Below, piece after piece: positions 17,440-27,144 of a stretch of 64,000 nucleotides of DNA; the stretch's first letter is position 1, and every line of letters starts with the position of its first letter. Made by a program: the position numbers and the translations under genes. The DNA comes from a bacterium. Its GTDB lineage: Bacteria; Zixibacteria; MSB-5A5; GN15; FEB-12. Where the stretch lies: NCBI GenBank assembly GCA_030605565.1, contig JAUWIB010000105.1, positions 10,650 through 74,649 on the forward strand, given 5' to 3'. The notes under the pieces were generated by a model, which ran no database searches, was not told where the DNA came from, and saw nothing but the letters and a program-made list of their open reading frames with translations.

Positions 17440-18450
17440 CTAACTTAGTTCTATGACGCGGCCGTTTTCCCGGATCGAGCGGTTGGCCGCCTCCAAAATC
17501 TGTACTACCCGCAAGCCGGCCTGACCGTCGGTGCGCGGCGAACGATTCTCATTCACCGCATCGCAAAACTCACGGGTCACTTTCTTGAGAGCCTCGGTCA
17601 AATCGATCTGCGGCGCCAGCATGTCGCCGGTTCGATACTGGATCAGCAGATCGTAGACTTGATCACGGTTCTGGACCATCTCGACGCCACGGTCGTAGAC
17701 CTTGACTTTCTCCGAAGGCTCGGTGTCATCGTAGATCACCATCTTCCGGGAACCGGAGACGAGCGTCTTGCGCACTTTCACCGGAGCCAGCCAGTTGACG
17801 TGGATATGGCCAAGGAGCGTGCCGTCGTAGAAGGTTGAAATGTAAGCGATGTTTTCGATATCGCTGTCGAAATGCGCCATCCCGGTAGCGGAGATAGCTC
17901 GCGGTTTGCGGTCTATGAGGTAGTCCATGATCGACACGTCGTGTGGCGCCAGATCCCAGATAACGTTGACATCGTGCTGAAACAGGCCAAGATTGACGCG
18001 CACGGAATCGAAGTAGTACAATTCCCCCAGATCGCCGTCGTCGATGAGCCGTTTTATGGTCTGAACAGCACCGGTGTAAATGAAGGTATGGTCCACCATG
18101 ATTTGCAGTCGCTTCTGTTCGGCCAGGTTGATGAGGCTCTCGGCCTGTTCTACGGTGGCTGTGAACGGTTTCTCCATGAACAAGTGCTTACCGTTGGCCA
18201 GAACCTCCATGCCAAGGGGATAATGAGTCGAAACCGGGGTGGCGATGATAATGGCATCAATGTCGGGCGCTTTCAGGATGTCGTCGGCATCACCGGTCAG
18301 CCGGCCTATGGCCGGGAATTGCCGACGGATGAAATCCAGACGCTCCGCTCTTGGATCGCAGACAGCCACCACCTCGACATCGTCAAGGGCGTTGAAGTTC
18401 CGGACCAAATTCGGTCCCCAATAGCCACAGCCGATTATGCCAACTTTCAT
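17440..18450 (-). CDS. Gfo/Idh/MocA-family NAD-dependent sugar oxidoreductase (WbpB/WlbA-like)
   Basis: MKVGIIGCGYWGPNLVRNF Rossmann N-terminus. The start is moved to ATG 18450, because the listed start at 18477 is a TTG inside the upstream stop region. Confidence 0.85.
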   Translation of the reverse strand: MKVGIIGCGYWGPNLVRNFNALDDVEVVAVCDPRAERLDFIRRQFPAIGRLTGDADDILKAPDIDAIIIATPVSTHYPLGMEVLANGKHLFMEKPFTATVEQAESLINLAEQKRLQIMVDHTFIYTGAVQTIKRLIDDGDLGELYYFDSVRVNLGLFQHDVNVIWDLAPHDVSIMDYLIDRKPRAISATGMAHFDSDIENIAYISTFYDGTLLGHIHVNWLAPVKVRKTLVSGSRKMVIYDDTEPSEKVKVYDRGVEMVQNRDQVYDLLIQYRTGDMLAPQIDLTEALKKVTREFCDAVNENRSPRTDGQAGLRVVQILEAANRSIRENGRVIELS

Positions 18451-18473
18451 CGATGACCTTTCATGATTATGGC

Positions 18474-20738
18474 TCAATAAACCAGTATTTCGCCGGACTG
18501 TTTGAAATGGATCAGGAAGATGTTGTATCTCCCGGTATGCATCCCCGCCAGTGAAGAGAGATCTTGCTCTGAGGTGACATTGGTTTCATTGCGCCCAATA
18601 TAATATGAAATCGTCGAATCAGACATATATTTCACTGCCTCGCGAATTCTTGGATCGCCACGGTGTACATATCGTTCGATGGTAGAATAGCTCGGGGTGG
18701 GAATGAACACGGAATCACCGGGCGTTGTGAACTTGCCATAGAGGGTAACGTAGTTGTTGGGTTCCGGGATACTATCGTTAATGGCTACTGAAATGTCAAG
18801 ATAGCCATACCTGTCCAGGAAGAGTTGGATATCCTCTGGAGAGACCCAGATAATGGCGTATTGTTTGAAGGTCTCAATGCCTGTCGATTCCAGCAAGGCA
18901 TACAGAAGGTATGTCGGCTTCAGGTAGAAGCCGCCGCTCAACGGCTTCTTACCTCCAACGTAGTTGTCGTGCATGTCACTGACTGATACCGTAAAGGTAT
19001 TCCTGCGCCCGGATGGTGAATTCAGGTCGATGAACACACCGAGCGCTTCACCCGGCGCCACATCCTCCAGGTTCGAAATGTAGAGCCTGGTACCGGCCTT
19101 GACGCCGGGATCATCGAGGCGACATTCAAACTCCGACCAGGCATCTCGGGAGAGAGCAGGTCCCCAACTCATTAGCGTAAGAACCAGTCCGGCCGTTATC
19201 GGGAAGAACGCCTGTTTCCAACTTCTTTCGGTACACAGAAATATCCTCGATAGCAGAATCAGAGCCACCATCCACAATCCGATCTTGACACTTAGCACCG
19301 CCAAGACCATTCCCTCCGAGAGGCCGGCGCCGAACAAGGCATTGATCGTGTCTGGTTGAAGCTGCCAACCAACTAATAAGAGTAGCAGTGACAGGGCTAT
19401 TCGACCCAGCCGGCGATCCTTTGATGCAACCAGTCTATCGGCAACCAGGACCACGAAAAAGGCTGCGCCGATAATCATGAACGGCATAGCGTTGAAGGCA
19501 TACCTGTTGATGGAATGAAACACCAGGTGTATCGTGGTGTAGTACCCACAAATCACGACCGGCCAGGCAGCCGCCGACAAACTACGCATCATCAAGATCA
19601 GCAGGCCGAGCAAACCAAGCGCAACGATTGATAGATGCAGCCATTCGACCAACTTCAGCGGCATGATGAAGACGCGCCTGAAATCATTGTACGGCCGACT
19701 CCATAAACGCTCGAACTTCTTGGCAAACAGACCCAGGTATCCCTTCCACTGGTGCACCAGTTCACCATAAATCGCACGCTGGTTGAACTCTTCTTCTACC
19801 GCGTCCAAATCGTATCCTTCGAATATGATCGATGACGACTGTCTCAGATTGGCGGCGGCATAGGTCGGATCCCTGAGCGTGATCTGACCGTACTTCGCGG
19901 ACGCTACCGCAAGCCATGACGCAAAGAGCACGCAGGCCGGTAGTGCGATCAGAATCAGCGTCTTCATAAACCGCGAAGCCGACCAGGTTTGGCGTGTATA
20001 GAAGTACAGCCCAACCACGAATGGTATCCCCATGAGCATGGCGGTTGGCTTGTGCAACACCAGAAGACCACTGATGATACCGACCAGAACGAAGTGCCGA
20101 CGACGTTCGGTCTCGACTCCGCGCATCATAAGATAGATACTCAGTATTATCAGAAGACTCGTGGAAGTCTCCAGCAACAACATTGTGGAGGTCAGCACGA
20201 ATGGAAAGTAGGCGGCATAGAGCAGGCCGGCAATCACCGCAGCACGTCGCCCGATCAGCCGGACAGCGACCAACATGATCATCAAAACCGAAAGAACGTC
20301 GAAACAGATTCCTGCCAACCTCGCGAAGGTGAAATCTGCAATCGGAGCCAGATAGAATACCGTTGCCAAAAGAGCCGGATAGAGCGGCCCGGAAAAAAAC
20401 AGGTCGTCCCGTGCCTGGGTTAAGGTGGGCGGTGTGTAGTACTGCCAGTCAATCGGCTCCCCCTGAATGTACTCTTCGTAATAGTGCTTGAACCGATATC
20501 GATCGGCTCGCTCAGTTTCGGCGGGGGGCGGTACGCCGTCAGTCACGAGAGCAATCAACCCCAGCGCCGCGCAGGCGTAACGCCGCGCGTCCCACATCAC
20601 CGGCAGGACCTCCCCGGATGTCAAGAATCCCAGTCGCAGCAAAGCGGCCAGAATCAGTGCGAGATATATCCATCGTCGAAATACCGAATCACGCATGGTC
20701 GTACTCACAACGACAATTGAGCCGCCGTTGTTGATCAT
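18474..20738 (-). CDS. Polytopic GT-C-fold glycosyltransferase (family 39/83, PMT/ArnT-like) with a large C-terminal periplasmic domain
   Basis: About 12-14 hydrophobic segments over the first ~520 aa, with an acidic first loop (GEVLPVMWDARRY), then a ~230-aa soluble C-terminal domain. Alternative start at 20696 (MRDSVFRRWIYL). Confidence 0.6.
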   Translation of the reverse strand: MINNGGSIVVVSTTMRDSVFRRWIYLALILAALLRLGFLTSGEVLPVMWDARRYACAALGLIALVTDGVPPPAETERADRYRFKHYYEEYIQGEPIDWQYYTPPTLTQARDDLFFSGPLYPALLATVFYLAPIADFTFARLAGICFDVLSVLMIMLVAVRLIGRRAAVIAGLLYAAYFPFVLTSTMLLLETSTSLLIILSIYLMMRGVETERRRHFVLVGIISGLLVLHKPTAMLMGIPFVVGLYFYTRQTWSASRFMKTLILIALPACVLFASWLAVASAKYGQITLRDPTYAAANLRQSSSIIFEGYDLDAVEEEFNQRAIYGELVHQWKGYLGLFAKKFERLWSRPYNDFRRVFIMPLKLVEWLHLSIVALGLLGLLILMMRSLSAAAWPVVICGYYTTIHLVFHSINRYAFNAMPFMIIGAAFFVVLVADRLVASKDRRLGRIALSLLLLLVGWQLQPDTINALFGAGLSEGMVLAVLSVKIGLWMVALILLSRIFLCTERSWKQAFFPITAGLVLTLMSWGPALSRDAWSEFECRLDDPGVKAGTRLYISNLEDVAPGEALGVFIDLNSPSGRRNTFTVSVSDMHDNYVGGKKPLSGGFYLKPTYLLYALLESTGIETFKQYAIIWVSPEDIQLFLDRYGYLDISVAINDSIPEPNNYVTLYGKFTTPGDSVFIPTPSYSTIERYVHRGDPRIREAVKYMSDSTISYYIGRNETNVTSEQDLSSLAGMHTGRYNIFLIHFKQSGEILVY

Positions 20739-20765
20739 GAATCCAATGAAGCACTATCGCCTCGT

Positions 20766-21794
20766 TCACGTATCAAGAGCATCTTCATCGTCGGAGGATG
20801 CTTCCTCCCCGAGTCGCTTAAGCGAAAGGTGCTCTTTCTTCAGGTGGTAGAAACCCATCAAAGTAACGACGATATACTGCGCGGCGTGCAGAACCAACGC
20901 GCACGAAAGCGCCTCTGCCTTGGGCACACCATAGGCAACTAACGACCAAACAGCTCCAGCATGATAGACCCCGATGAAACCAGGTGAGGACGGCACCAGG
21001 ATCGAAACCGACACGACAACCAGAACCACGAAAGATGCATCCAGCGGCAGTCCAAGATCAAACGCCTTGAATACAAAAACATTGGAGATGCCCATCAGTA
21101 TCCAGATCATCATCGTCTGCGTCCCTACCCAGGCCGTGGCCTTGGCGTCACTGAGAAATTCCAGGCCACGGGCGAATTTCACCACGACCGAGCGTATGAG
21201 GCTCTTTCCGGATTCGGGGACGAAGAAGAGGTAGCGCGTGATAAGTTGTCCGGTCTGTTGAGGCTTCCGGGCCAACATAAAAATCAGCGCGAGTCCCAGG
21301 AGAGCGATGCCGATTGCGACATTCAACCCCAATTTCATAGACTCGTCCAGTTCTATCCTGGAGATGTAGAGCACACCGCCGAAGATCAGCAGCAGAGCCA
21401 CCAGATCGAACACCATACGTTCGACAAAGATAGTCGCCAGCGATGCGGATTTGGTAATCTGCTTATGTCGCGATGCGAGCGAGTAAGCGCGCACGAATTC
21501 ACCAAGCCGCAGCGGCAGGACGTTGTTGGCCATGAACCCAATCCAGGTTGCCGACAGCAGTTTGGAAAACGGGACGTGGCCGATGGGGGCGATCATGAAT
21601 TTCCAGCGATAGGCTCGCTGGTACATGGTAAAGAAGATAAGGGCAACGTTAGGGATCAGCCACAGATAGTTGGCGCCCTTCAGTGCATCCCATAATTCGG
21701 CAAAGTGGATATTGCGAAACAATGCCCAGACCAGAACCGCTGAGATCAGTAACCCGAGAAGGAAGTACAGGAATCTCTGACCGCGTAGTGTCAT
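20766..21794 (-). CDS. UPF0104 / lysyl-PG-synthase-TM-region family membrane protein (flippase-like)
   Basis: The N-terminus LLGLLISAVLVWALFRNIHFAELWDALKGANYLWLIPNVALIFFTMYQRAYRWKFM is the characteristic start of this family. About 8 TM segments. Confidence 0.75.
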   Translation of the reverse strand: MTLRGQRFLYFLLGLLISAVLVWALFRNIHFAELWDALKGANYLWLIPNVALIFFTMYQRAYRWKFMIAPIGHVPFSKLLSATWIGFMANNVLPLRLGEFVRAYSLASRHKQITKSASLATIFVERMVFDLVALLLIFGGVLYISRIELDESMKLGLNVAIGIALLGLALIFMLARKPQQTGQLITRYLFFVPESGKSLIRSVVVKFARGLEFLSDAKATAWVGTQTMMIWILMGISNVFVFKAFDLGLPLDASFVVLVVVSVSILVPSSPGFIGVYHAGAVWSLVAYGVPKAEALSCALVLHAAQYIVVTLMGFYHLKKEHLSLKRLGEEASSDDEDALDT

Positions 21795-22906
21795 GATTGT
21801 TCATCCATTATCTTATGCAACAAGGCCTCAAACTTGCCGGCTGCCACATCCCAGTCGAACTGATCGGCCCATTCGAGCCCTCCTTTTTCGAGACGCACAC
21901 GTAGCTGGTCGTCGGTGAGAATCATAAGTATCTTCTCGGCAAGTTGGTTGATGTTCCCGTATGGGTACAGAAACCCGGTGCTACCGTCCTTTACCGAATC
22001 GCGTAGTCCCGGAACATCGGCCGCCACCACTGTCGTTCCGACCGCGTTCGCCTCGATATTGGTGAGTCCCCAGCCTTCCTTGAGGCTCGGTAGCACCGCG
22101 ACATGAGCGCGACGCATCCGTTCGACTTTCTCCTCTTGCGAAACGTAACCGGTAAACTCCACGTGTTCATTGCAATTGAGAGATCCTACCAATGACTGCA
22201 AGGTCGACAAGTAATCGCCGGTTCCGACAACCATCAAACGCGACTCGGGAAGTTGTTCCCGGATGAGTACAAACGCACGAATGAGATGTTGGATCGACTT
22301 GTACTTCTTGAGACGTCCGAGGTATAGTATCGTGGGTCGATCATACTTGGCAACCCCCGGATCCACTTTGTAGGTGTCACGGTCGATGCCGCAGTGAATG
22401 ACGGAGATATTGTTCCTGGGCACGCCGCGCTTAGCGATATCATCGGCCGTCGATTGCGAAATCACGTTAAACGGCAATCCTCGATAAACTGTGACCATTG
22501 GTCTTTCGGCCAGAAAGATGTAGGACCCCAATACGAAGTTGATTTCCTGAAACACGGTGGTGGCAAAAAGATGCGGCACCACCACGAGTGTCTTGAGGTC
22601 CAGATACAGGGGTGTGTAGAACGGGATTTTGTTGATATCTTCAACCAACAGGTCGAACCGGTTTTCTTTGGCCAGCCGCCTCAGGTGGAACGGCGCAACC
22701 AGGTTGAAGTTGAACCGATTACCGCGTCGGATGATGTGGATACCTTTGATGGTTTCCTCTGGTCGGCAGTCCTTGTAGCCGGAGCAAAACAGCGTGACAT
22801 CATGACCACGGCGGACCAGACGCCTGAGAAGTTCTTCGAGATGCACTTCGGCGCCACCGGCGTAAGGGTTCTTCAGGTCGTTCCAGTTTAGCGCAAGAAT
22901 CTTCAT
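21791..22906 (-). CDS. Family-4 (GT-B) glycosyltransferase
   Basis: MKILALNWNDLKNPYAGGAEVHLEELLRRLVRRGHDVTLF plus the C-terminal E-x7-E region (...PSLKEGWGLTNIEANAVGTTVVA). 4-nt overlaps with both neighbours. Confidence 0.85.
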   Translation of the reverse strand: MKILALNWNDLKNPYAGGAEVHLEELLRRLVRRGHDVTLFCSGYKDCRPEETIKGIHIIRRGNRFNFNLVAPFHLRRLAKENRFDLLVEDINKIPFYTPLYLDLKTLVVVPHLFATTVFQEINFVLGSYIFLAERPMVTVYRGLPFNVISQSTADDIAKRGVPRNNISVIHCGIDRDTYKVDPGVAKYDRPTILYLGRLKKYKSIQHLIRAFVLIREQLPESRLMVVGTGDYLSTLQSLVGSLNCNEHVEFTGYVSQEEKVERMRRAHVAVLPSLKEGWGLTNIEANAVGTTVVAADVPGLRDSVKDGSTGFLYPYGNINQLAEKILMILTDDQLRVRLEKGGLEWADQFDWDVAAGKFEALLHKIMDEQS

Positions 22907-25900
22907 TGGCTGTCTCGTGGAGAGAATTCCCGTCGACCCAACCCTCTCTGAAGTTCGGCCAGCATCGCGCGGACCCGTTGATCGTTTGGATTAGTCTGGA
23001 GCCATCGCTGTAACAGCATCTTCATGTCCGACACGCGATTGGTCTCAAAGTAGAACCGTATCAACTCCTCAAAGGCCGGTCGGTAATCCGGATTGGCCGC
23101 AAGTACCGCCGATAGAATGTCCTCGGCCTCCGCATCGAGATTGAGTGAGCGTTGGGCGCGTGCCAACAGCGTCTGCAACCATCGTTTGTCACCGGACTGC
23201 GCGTCGGCCAGCAGAGCACTCAGCGGTGCTATCATTCCCCTTTCCGCATAGACTGCGGCCAGGAACTCGACGGCATCGGTCGAGTGAGGGATCAACTCCA
23301 CTGCCCTCGCCATCAGGTGCTGGGCCTGCTCCAGATCGCCTTGCGCCCGCAAGGCATCGCCGACCATAAGAAAACCATTGGCATAGTTCTTTGTGAGCCG
23401 ACGAGTAGCTTCGTTCTTGGAAACCGTCGGATCATTCACCCCGCGCGCCCGAAAGCCGTTATCGCCGGTGAAGAACTCAATCGAACTCTCAATATCAGTG
23501 CGCTGACCACCACCCACCTGCTCAAGTCGCCACATCATACCGCTTAGCGACAGCATGGTGTCAACGGAACGACCCAGGTACCGGCGTGGACCTCCGCCCA
23601 CCGACACGGCGTAGTTAATCGGTCTCTTGCCCAGATAGGAATAAATGATCTTGTCCATGACTTGACTGTTCAAGCGAAAGGTTGCGTTGTACGGTACCCC
23701 AAGACGGTAGAGACTATCCATCTCGCGATCAGACACACCAAGATAAGCATACACTGCCTTATCCACGTACTGCTGCCGCTGATCCAGGGTCGCGCTGTCC
23801 GGAACGTGGAAGGGGCGAAGCCCGTCGATATGGCTCTCACTCCAGCCGAGGTCAAGACCCAAACTGCTCTGCACCTGCTTGATGTACCATTTGGTGTTCG
23901 CCAGCGCCAGATTGACAATGGTTACGTCGGTACGGATACCATAAACCCCCTGCAAACACCAGAGTGGAAAGGTGTCGTTGTCGCCGTTGGTGAACAGGAT
24001 GGCGTTCTCGTCGGCGCATGACAATAGGTTCCAGGCATAGTCGTAGGGCATGTAGTTGCGCGAACGATCGCACAGATAGTAGTTCTGAGCCAGCGCGAAT
24101 GAGGGCAGCAGCAGCAACACGAGGCTCGAAGCCATGACTATCTTTCGCGGTATCAGTGAAAACCTGGCCACCGCCTCGCGCAAGTATTGCAGGGCAATCG
24201 CGCTGCCCAAGCCGATAGACATGCCGAAAAGAATGAACCCTGGCGTGAAAAAGTAGTCGCGTTCACGGACCTCGAGGTAGTCCGACCCATTAGGTAATTG
24301 ACGAGTACCGTCGGCGAAATTCATATACAGCACCAGCCCCGCGGTACTTATCAGGAGCAGCACCACAAACGGCAAGCCGACTTTCGGTCGGCGACGTATG
24401 ATCTCCCACAAACCGAACAAACCCAGCAGGAACAAGAACACAAACCTCGGTCCGACCATACCATACTGTTGGTGGAAAAAGTTCCAGAAGCCCATACGCC
24501 GATAGACACCAAACTGATGACTCCACTCCGCTCGGCGGCTAAACATCCGTTCAATCATCCCCATCGACCCATACTGTTTACGTTCGAGAAAGTTGATGGT
24601 GGCCGTGTAGCTTTCCGATGGATTGTTCTCGTTCAGATATGGTTGCTGGGCCGAACGGATGGGTACGAACAAATTGACCGACATACCGAGCGTTGCCACG
24701 ACTATGACTATCAAGGCAGTCTTCCACCGGGGCAGCTTGAACAAGAGCCCCAGCACCAGAATAAGCAGCGTCCCGACGGCCATGCTGTAGAAAAACAGTT
24801 CCAGGCCGATGATGACTGTCGATACGCTGACCACAGCGACAAGGATTGGCCAGTTGATGCCGCGCCATACCCACGCCGTCAGGGCTGTCGCCACCAGCAC
24901 CGAGACAATCAGGAACGATGTATATCCCTTCGGTATATAGAGCAGGCCCACCATAATCACGGAGGCAAGAGTGAAGAGAATCAGAGGCAATAGCTGTGCT
25001 CTGTGTTGTTTGTCAGCGCTTCGTGCGAAGTACTTGCTGAGACAATAGAGACCGAACAAGATTAACACGGCAAAGCCAACCAAGCCGGCAATTCCGCTCA
25101 GATCAAGCCACCGGTTGGACTCAATAAGGTCAAGACCGCGCACCGAGGCGAAGGCTCTTGCCAACATCGGCGCCATCACTAACATGAAGCCGTACCCGGC
25201 CCACATGAACATCCGGGGTATCTTGTCGAAGGAAAACACGTAGAACAGATACAGAAGAAACAGGATGGCTATCGGAACGTAGTACGGTATCTCGTTTGGT
25301 CTGGACGATAACGCGAAAATCAAATACAACTCGACAGCGAAGAAAACGGCGACAGCAAACCAAGTCGATGACGGGGCGGTTTTCTTGATGATGAAGAACA
25401 GGGCTGCGACAGGAAAGATCAGGAAGGTGGTCATGTGGACACCGATACTGAGAAAGGCCGCAAAGACTACTACCAGCATGATTCGTTCCGAGGTCATGCT
25501 GCTCCACTCTTCGAAATAGACAAGAGTCAGCCATAGTATGCCCATCAAGATCATCATTGACATGCCGTACACTTCCGCCTCAACTGAATTGGTCCAGTTC
25601 GTCAGACCGAAAGCAACGAACAACGCCCCGGAGGCAGCACCGCCGTACATCAGTACTCTGGTGAACCGATCGGAAGTAGTTCCAAACCAATATCGCAGGA
25701 TTCGTACTGCCGAAAGGTAGCTGAACAAGGCTGTGAAGGCCGAGCAGAATCCGGACAGGAAATTTAGTCGGACACCGATGTCAGCCGATATTGGAATTAG
25801 TGCAAAGAGGCGTCCAATCATTACCCACAACGGCGAGCCGGGTGGATGCGGAATCGCCAGGTGATGCGCGGCTGTAATGAACTCACCACAATCCCAAAAT

Positions 25901-26013
25901 GACAAGGTCGCGGCTCTGGTGAGCCAATAGACAACAGAAGTGCTCAGCCAGACGCCAATGGCCACCTGAGCATTGATCCTGTCGAACTGTGTGCCGAAGT
26001 AGAGTTTCATCAA
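22903..26013 (-). CDS. DUF2723 (TMEM260-like GT-C fold) membrane protein with a C-terminal TPR domain
   Basis: The N-terminal SFWDCGEFITAAHHLAIPHPPGSPLW is the DUF2723 signature. More than 15 hydrophobic segments. The C-terminal ~200 aa are TPR-like (GDLEQAQHLMARAVELIP..., AVLAANPDYRPAFEELIRFY...). Confidence 0.8.
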   Translation of the reverse strand: MMKLYFGTQFDRINAQVAIGVWLSTSVVYWLTRAATLSFWDCGEFITAAHHLAIPHPPGSPLWVMIGRLFALIPISADIGVRLNFLSGFCSAFTALFSYLSAVRILRYWFGTTSDRFTRVLMYGGAASGALFVAFGLTNWTNSVEAEVYGMSMMILMGILWLTLVYFEEWSSMTSERIMLVVVFAAFLSIGVHMTTFLIFPVAALFFIIKKTAPSSTWFAVAVFFAVELYLIFALSSRPNEIPYYVPIAILFLLYLFYVFSFDKIPRMFMWAGYGFMLVMAPMLARAFASVRGLDLIESNRWLDLSGIAGLVGFAVLILFGLYCLSKYFARSADKQHRAQLLPLILFTLASVIMVGLLYIPKGYTSFLIVSVLVATALTAWVWRGINWPILVAVVSVSTVIIGLELFFYSMAVGTLLILVLGLLFKLPRWKTALIVIVVATLGMSVNLFVPIRSAQQPYLNENNPSESYTATINFLERKQYGSMGMIERMFSRRAEWSHQFGVYRRMGFWNFFHQQYGMVGPRFVFLFLLGLFGLWEIIRRRPKVGLPFVVLLLISTAGLVLYMNFADGTRQLPNGSDYLEVRERDYFFTPGFILFGMSIGLGSAIALQYLREAVARFSLIPRKIVMASSLVLLLLPSFALAQNYYLCDRSRNYMPYDYAWNLLSCADENAILFTNGDNDTFPLWCLQGVYGIRTDVTIVNLALANTKWYIKQVQSSLGLDLGWSESHIDGLRPFHVPDSATLDQRQQYVDKAVYAYLGVSDREMDSLYRLGVPYNATFRLNSQVMDKIIYSYLGKRPINYAVSVGGGPRRYLGRSVDTMLSLSGMMWRLEQVGGGQRTDIESSIEFFTGDNGFRARGVNDPTVSKNEATRRLTKNYANGFLMVGDALRAQGDLEQAQHLMARAVELIPHSTDAVEFLAAVYAERGMIAPLSALLADAQSGDKRWLQTLLARAQRSLNLDAEAEDILSAVLAANPDYRPAFEELIRFYFETNRVSDMKMLLQRWLQTNPNDQRVRAMLAELQRGLGRREFSPRDSQ

Positions 26014-26230
26014 CGGAGTCCAGGTCTATTCTCGTTATACCCTGCTGCCTACATGAGGACCGAACGGGATCTGTCACGGCTGTCCAATATAGCAGGTTTT
26101 GTATTGCTGTCCAGTTTGTTTTGGAATGCCGTGATCCTGGGAGCTGCCCCTGTAGATATGGTGGGTTTGCGGGCAGAGTTCTCCTCCACCCCATGGTGAT
26201 TCGTGAGTTGGCGCCGGGTAGGCCCTCACC

Positions 26231-26656
26231 CTACGCCTGGCGCGCATCCTCCATTTCCCTGGCGTATCGGTCCAGTATGCCGTTCACGAATGCGGATGAC
26301 TCAACAGTGGAGAACTTCTTGGCCAGTTCGATCGCTTCGTTGAGGATCACTTTTACAGGTACATCTACCATGTGATCCAACTCAACGATGGCCAGACGCA
26401 GAATATTGAGGTCGATGGCTGCGATTCGCTTGATATCCCAGTTGGTGGCGAGGCGCTCAATACGTTTGTCGGCTTCTTCGGTGTTACTGCGGACAAGATC
26501 GATTAGTTGTCGAGCGTAGGTCATGGCCCTCGGAGGCGGCAGGTCATCCGGGTCGATGTTGAACAGGTCATCGCCCGGCGCCTCTTCACCGCACTCAAGC
26601 GCGTACAACGCCTGAAGAACCAACTCACGACCCCGGCTGCGCGGAGACTCAGACAT
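26231..26656 (-). CDS. nusB: Transcription antitermination factor NusB
   Basis: SRGRELVLQALYALE... and ...NEAIELAKKFSTVESSAFVNGILD. It occupies the conserved position after ribH. Confidence 0.9.
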   Translation of the reverse strand: MSESPRSRGRELVLQALYALECGEEAPGDDLFNIDPDDLPPPRAMTYARQLIDLVRSNTEEADKRIERLATNWDIKRIAAIDLNILRLAIVELDHMVDVPVKVILNEAIELAKKFSTVESSAFVNGILDRYAREMEDARQA

Positions 26657-26658
26657 GG

Positions 26659-27138
26659 TTAGTTCAAGGCTCGATACAGGTTGACCATCTCAATAGCACT
26701 TTCAGCAGCGTCCCAACCCTTATTGCCTGCTTTGGTTCCGGCCCGTTCTATCGCCTGCTCCAGCGTGTCGGCCGTGACCAGACCATACACAACGGGCAGT
26801 CCGTGTTCCAGAGCAATACGTGCGATTCCCTTGGCCGATTCACTGGCGATGTAATCGAAGTGCGGGGTGTCACCGCGCACTACGGCGCCGAGACAGATGA
26901 CGGCGTCATAGTCACCTGATCCGGCCATCTTGGCGGCAACGTACGGTATCTCAAATGCGCCCGGGACGTATGCGACGGATATGTCCGCCTCCGAACCGCC
27001 GTGACGTTTCAGACAGTCAAGCGCCCCGTCGAGGAGTTTGTCGGTGAAGAAATGGTTGAACCTGCTGACGATTATGGCGACATGCATCCCACTCGCGTCC
27101 AGCTTGCCTTCGTATACTTGATAGCTCATTCTTTGCAC
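26659..27138 (-). CDS. ribH: 6,7-dimethyl-8-ribityllumazine synthase
   Basis: [20 protein letters not shown]...VPGAFEIP...[20 protein letters not shown]...[16 protein letters not shown] is a full-length match to the RibH pattern. Confidence 0.95.
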   Translation of the reverse strand: MQRMSYQVYEGKLDASGMHVAIIVSRFNHFFTDKLLDGALDCLKRHGGSEADISVAYVPGAFEIPYVAAKMAGSGDYDAVICLGAVVRGDTPHFDYIASESAKGIARIALEHGLPVVYGLVTADTLEQAIERAGTKAGNKGWDAAESAIEMVNLYRALN

Positions 27139-27144
27139 TCCTGC

